Below, one piece after another: positions 63,188-64,000 of a DNA stretch of 64,000 bases. The notes beneath the pieces are model-generated. The model had not been told where the DNA came from. It saw only the letters and a list, made by a program, of their open reading frames with translations, and searched no databases. This stretch comes from Gammaproteobacteria bacterium (GTDB taxonomy: Bacteria > Pseudomonadota > Gammaproteobacteria > GCA-001735895): positions 32,001 through 96,000 of the forward strand of contig JBNKUM010000076.1 in NCBI GenBank assembly GCA_050298595.1, written 5' to 3'. Position 1 is the first letter of the stretch. Each line of letters begins with the position of its first letter. The position numbers were made by a program, and so were the translations under genes.

Positions 63188-63639
63188 AACTGATCAAAAT
63201 CTGTTTACTACTGACGCTACTCATTGCCGCACCCGCGCATGCAGAAAACATGATCATGCAACGCGTGCATCATAACTTTGAAGACACCATGATGCAGGTA
63301 AAAGAAAAGCTCGACGATTATGGATACAAGGTTGCACACATCCAGAAATGCGATGGCGGACTCAGCGAGTTTGGCTACAAGACCGACGAGTATCGCTCCA
63401 TCTTTTACGGAAAATTTGAAGAGATGCGATATCTGACAGGTAAATACCCCTTATTGATTCCCTATGTACCGCTAAAAATAGCCGTCATGAAAGAAAAGGA
63501 TACTGTAGTAATAGTTGCAATTAATCCCATAATGTTTTCAGACTTCTTCCCTGAAAAAGAACTGGCGATACAGTTTGGTCGCTGGGAAAGTGATATCAGA
63601 GCGATATTTGAGGAAGTTGCACAGACACCTGACCTGTAA
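63184..63639 (+). CDS. Exported DUF302 family protein
   Basis: Signal peptide ending AHA; YGYKV.HIQ.CD.GL, PLKIAV, INP; ATGA overlap with the upstream gene. Confidence 0.75.
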   Translation: MKLIKICLLLTLLIAAPAHAENMIMQRVHHNFEDTMMQVKEKLDDYGYKVAHIQKCDGGLSEFGYKTDEYRSIFYGKFEEMRYLTGKYPLLIPYVPLKIAVMKEKDTVVIVAINPIMFSDFFPEKELAIQFGRWESDIRAIFEEVAQTPDL

Positions 63640-63742
63640 TTTCATGAGATGACTTAGCCAATGATATAGAGTTTGATTTATCCTGAGCGGACATTCATAA
63701 GAATTTTTTGAACATCTTTAAAATACCATTTGCGTCTGTATC

Positions 63743-63880
63743 TCAACCCCCTTTAACGATTGTTATAATGCAAGAACCGACCCCTATGTCCCCTGTCTCA
63801 GGTGCCTGTGCCATGCGAGAGCGGATTGGATTGAGGTCGGCATAAGCCATGCAGGCTGCCAATGCTTTTTCATCTACTTG
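63743..63880 (-). mobile_element. Fragment of a REP-associated tyrosine (Y1/RAYT-type) transposase
   Basis: Hand translation QVDEKALAACMAYADLNPIRSRMAQAPET matches the LDE.AL.ACMAYVDLNP.RA catalytic-Tyr motif; no start codon, in-frame stop just upstream. Confidence 0.7.
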
Positions 63881-64000
63881 AGGCTGTCAAATATTAAATA
63901 TCTGAATATCCTCTCATTTTGTCATTTAATCTTATAACGCATCCGAGCAAGAGTTTACTTCCTGAAAACGTAAGCAGATCTAAAAAATACTCCATTTTTA

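Overview
Core chromosomal segment of a Gammaproteobacterium, roughly mid-40s % GC by eye. It is very likely a sulfur oxidiser: it carries a dissimilatory-type sat, a TsdA-like diheme cytochrome, SulP, a rhodanese, a cytochrome c-DUF302 pair and an exported N/Y/G/P-rich protein resembling sulfur-globule envelope proteins. Housekeeping blocks: yicC/rph-rdgB-hemW, rpmE2, malic enzyme, hemB-aroE, bioBF/comF, ubiA, obgE-proB, rplU-rpmA, ispB, mdh, large NAD-GDH and folD. A complete MoxR-DUF58-Bat operon and three GGDEF genes are also present. The most notable non-coding signal is at 5044-5177: three DnaA boxes in DARS geometry (5-bp and 3-bp spacers) beside a perfect IHF site. The ispB<>rplU-rpmA-obgE-proB locus is interrupted twice, by sat and by moxR/bat plus tsdA-sulP. 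Decayed genes not evident from the ORF track include a VanZ-like gene with an in-frame TAG, nnrS with a deletion plus an in-frame TGA, a DUF2207-like tail and a RAYT transposase fragment. No rRNA, tRNA, CRISPR array or intact mobile element was seen. Family calls come from motif recognition only; no database searches were run.
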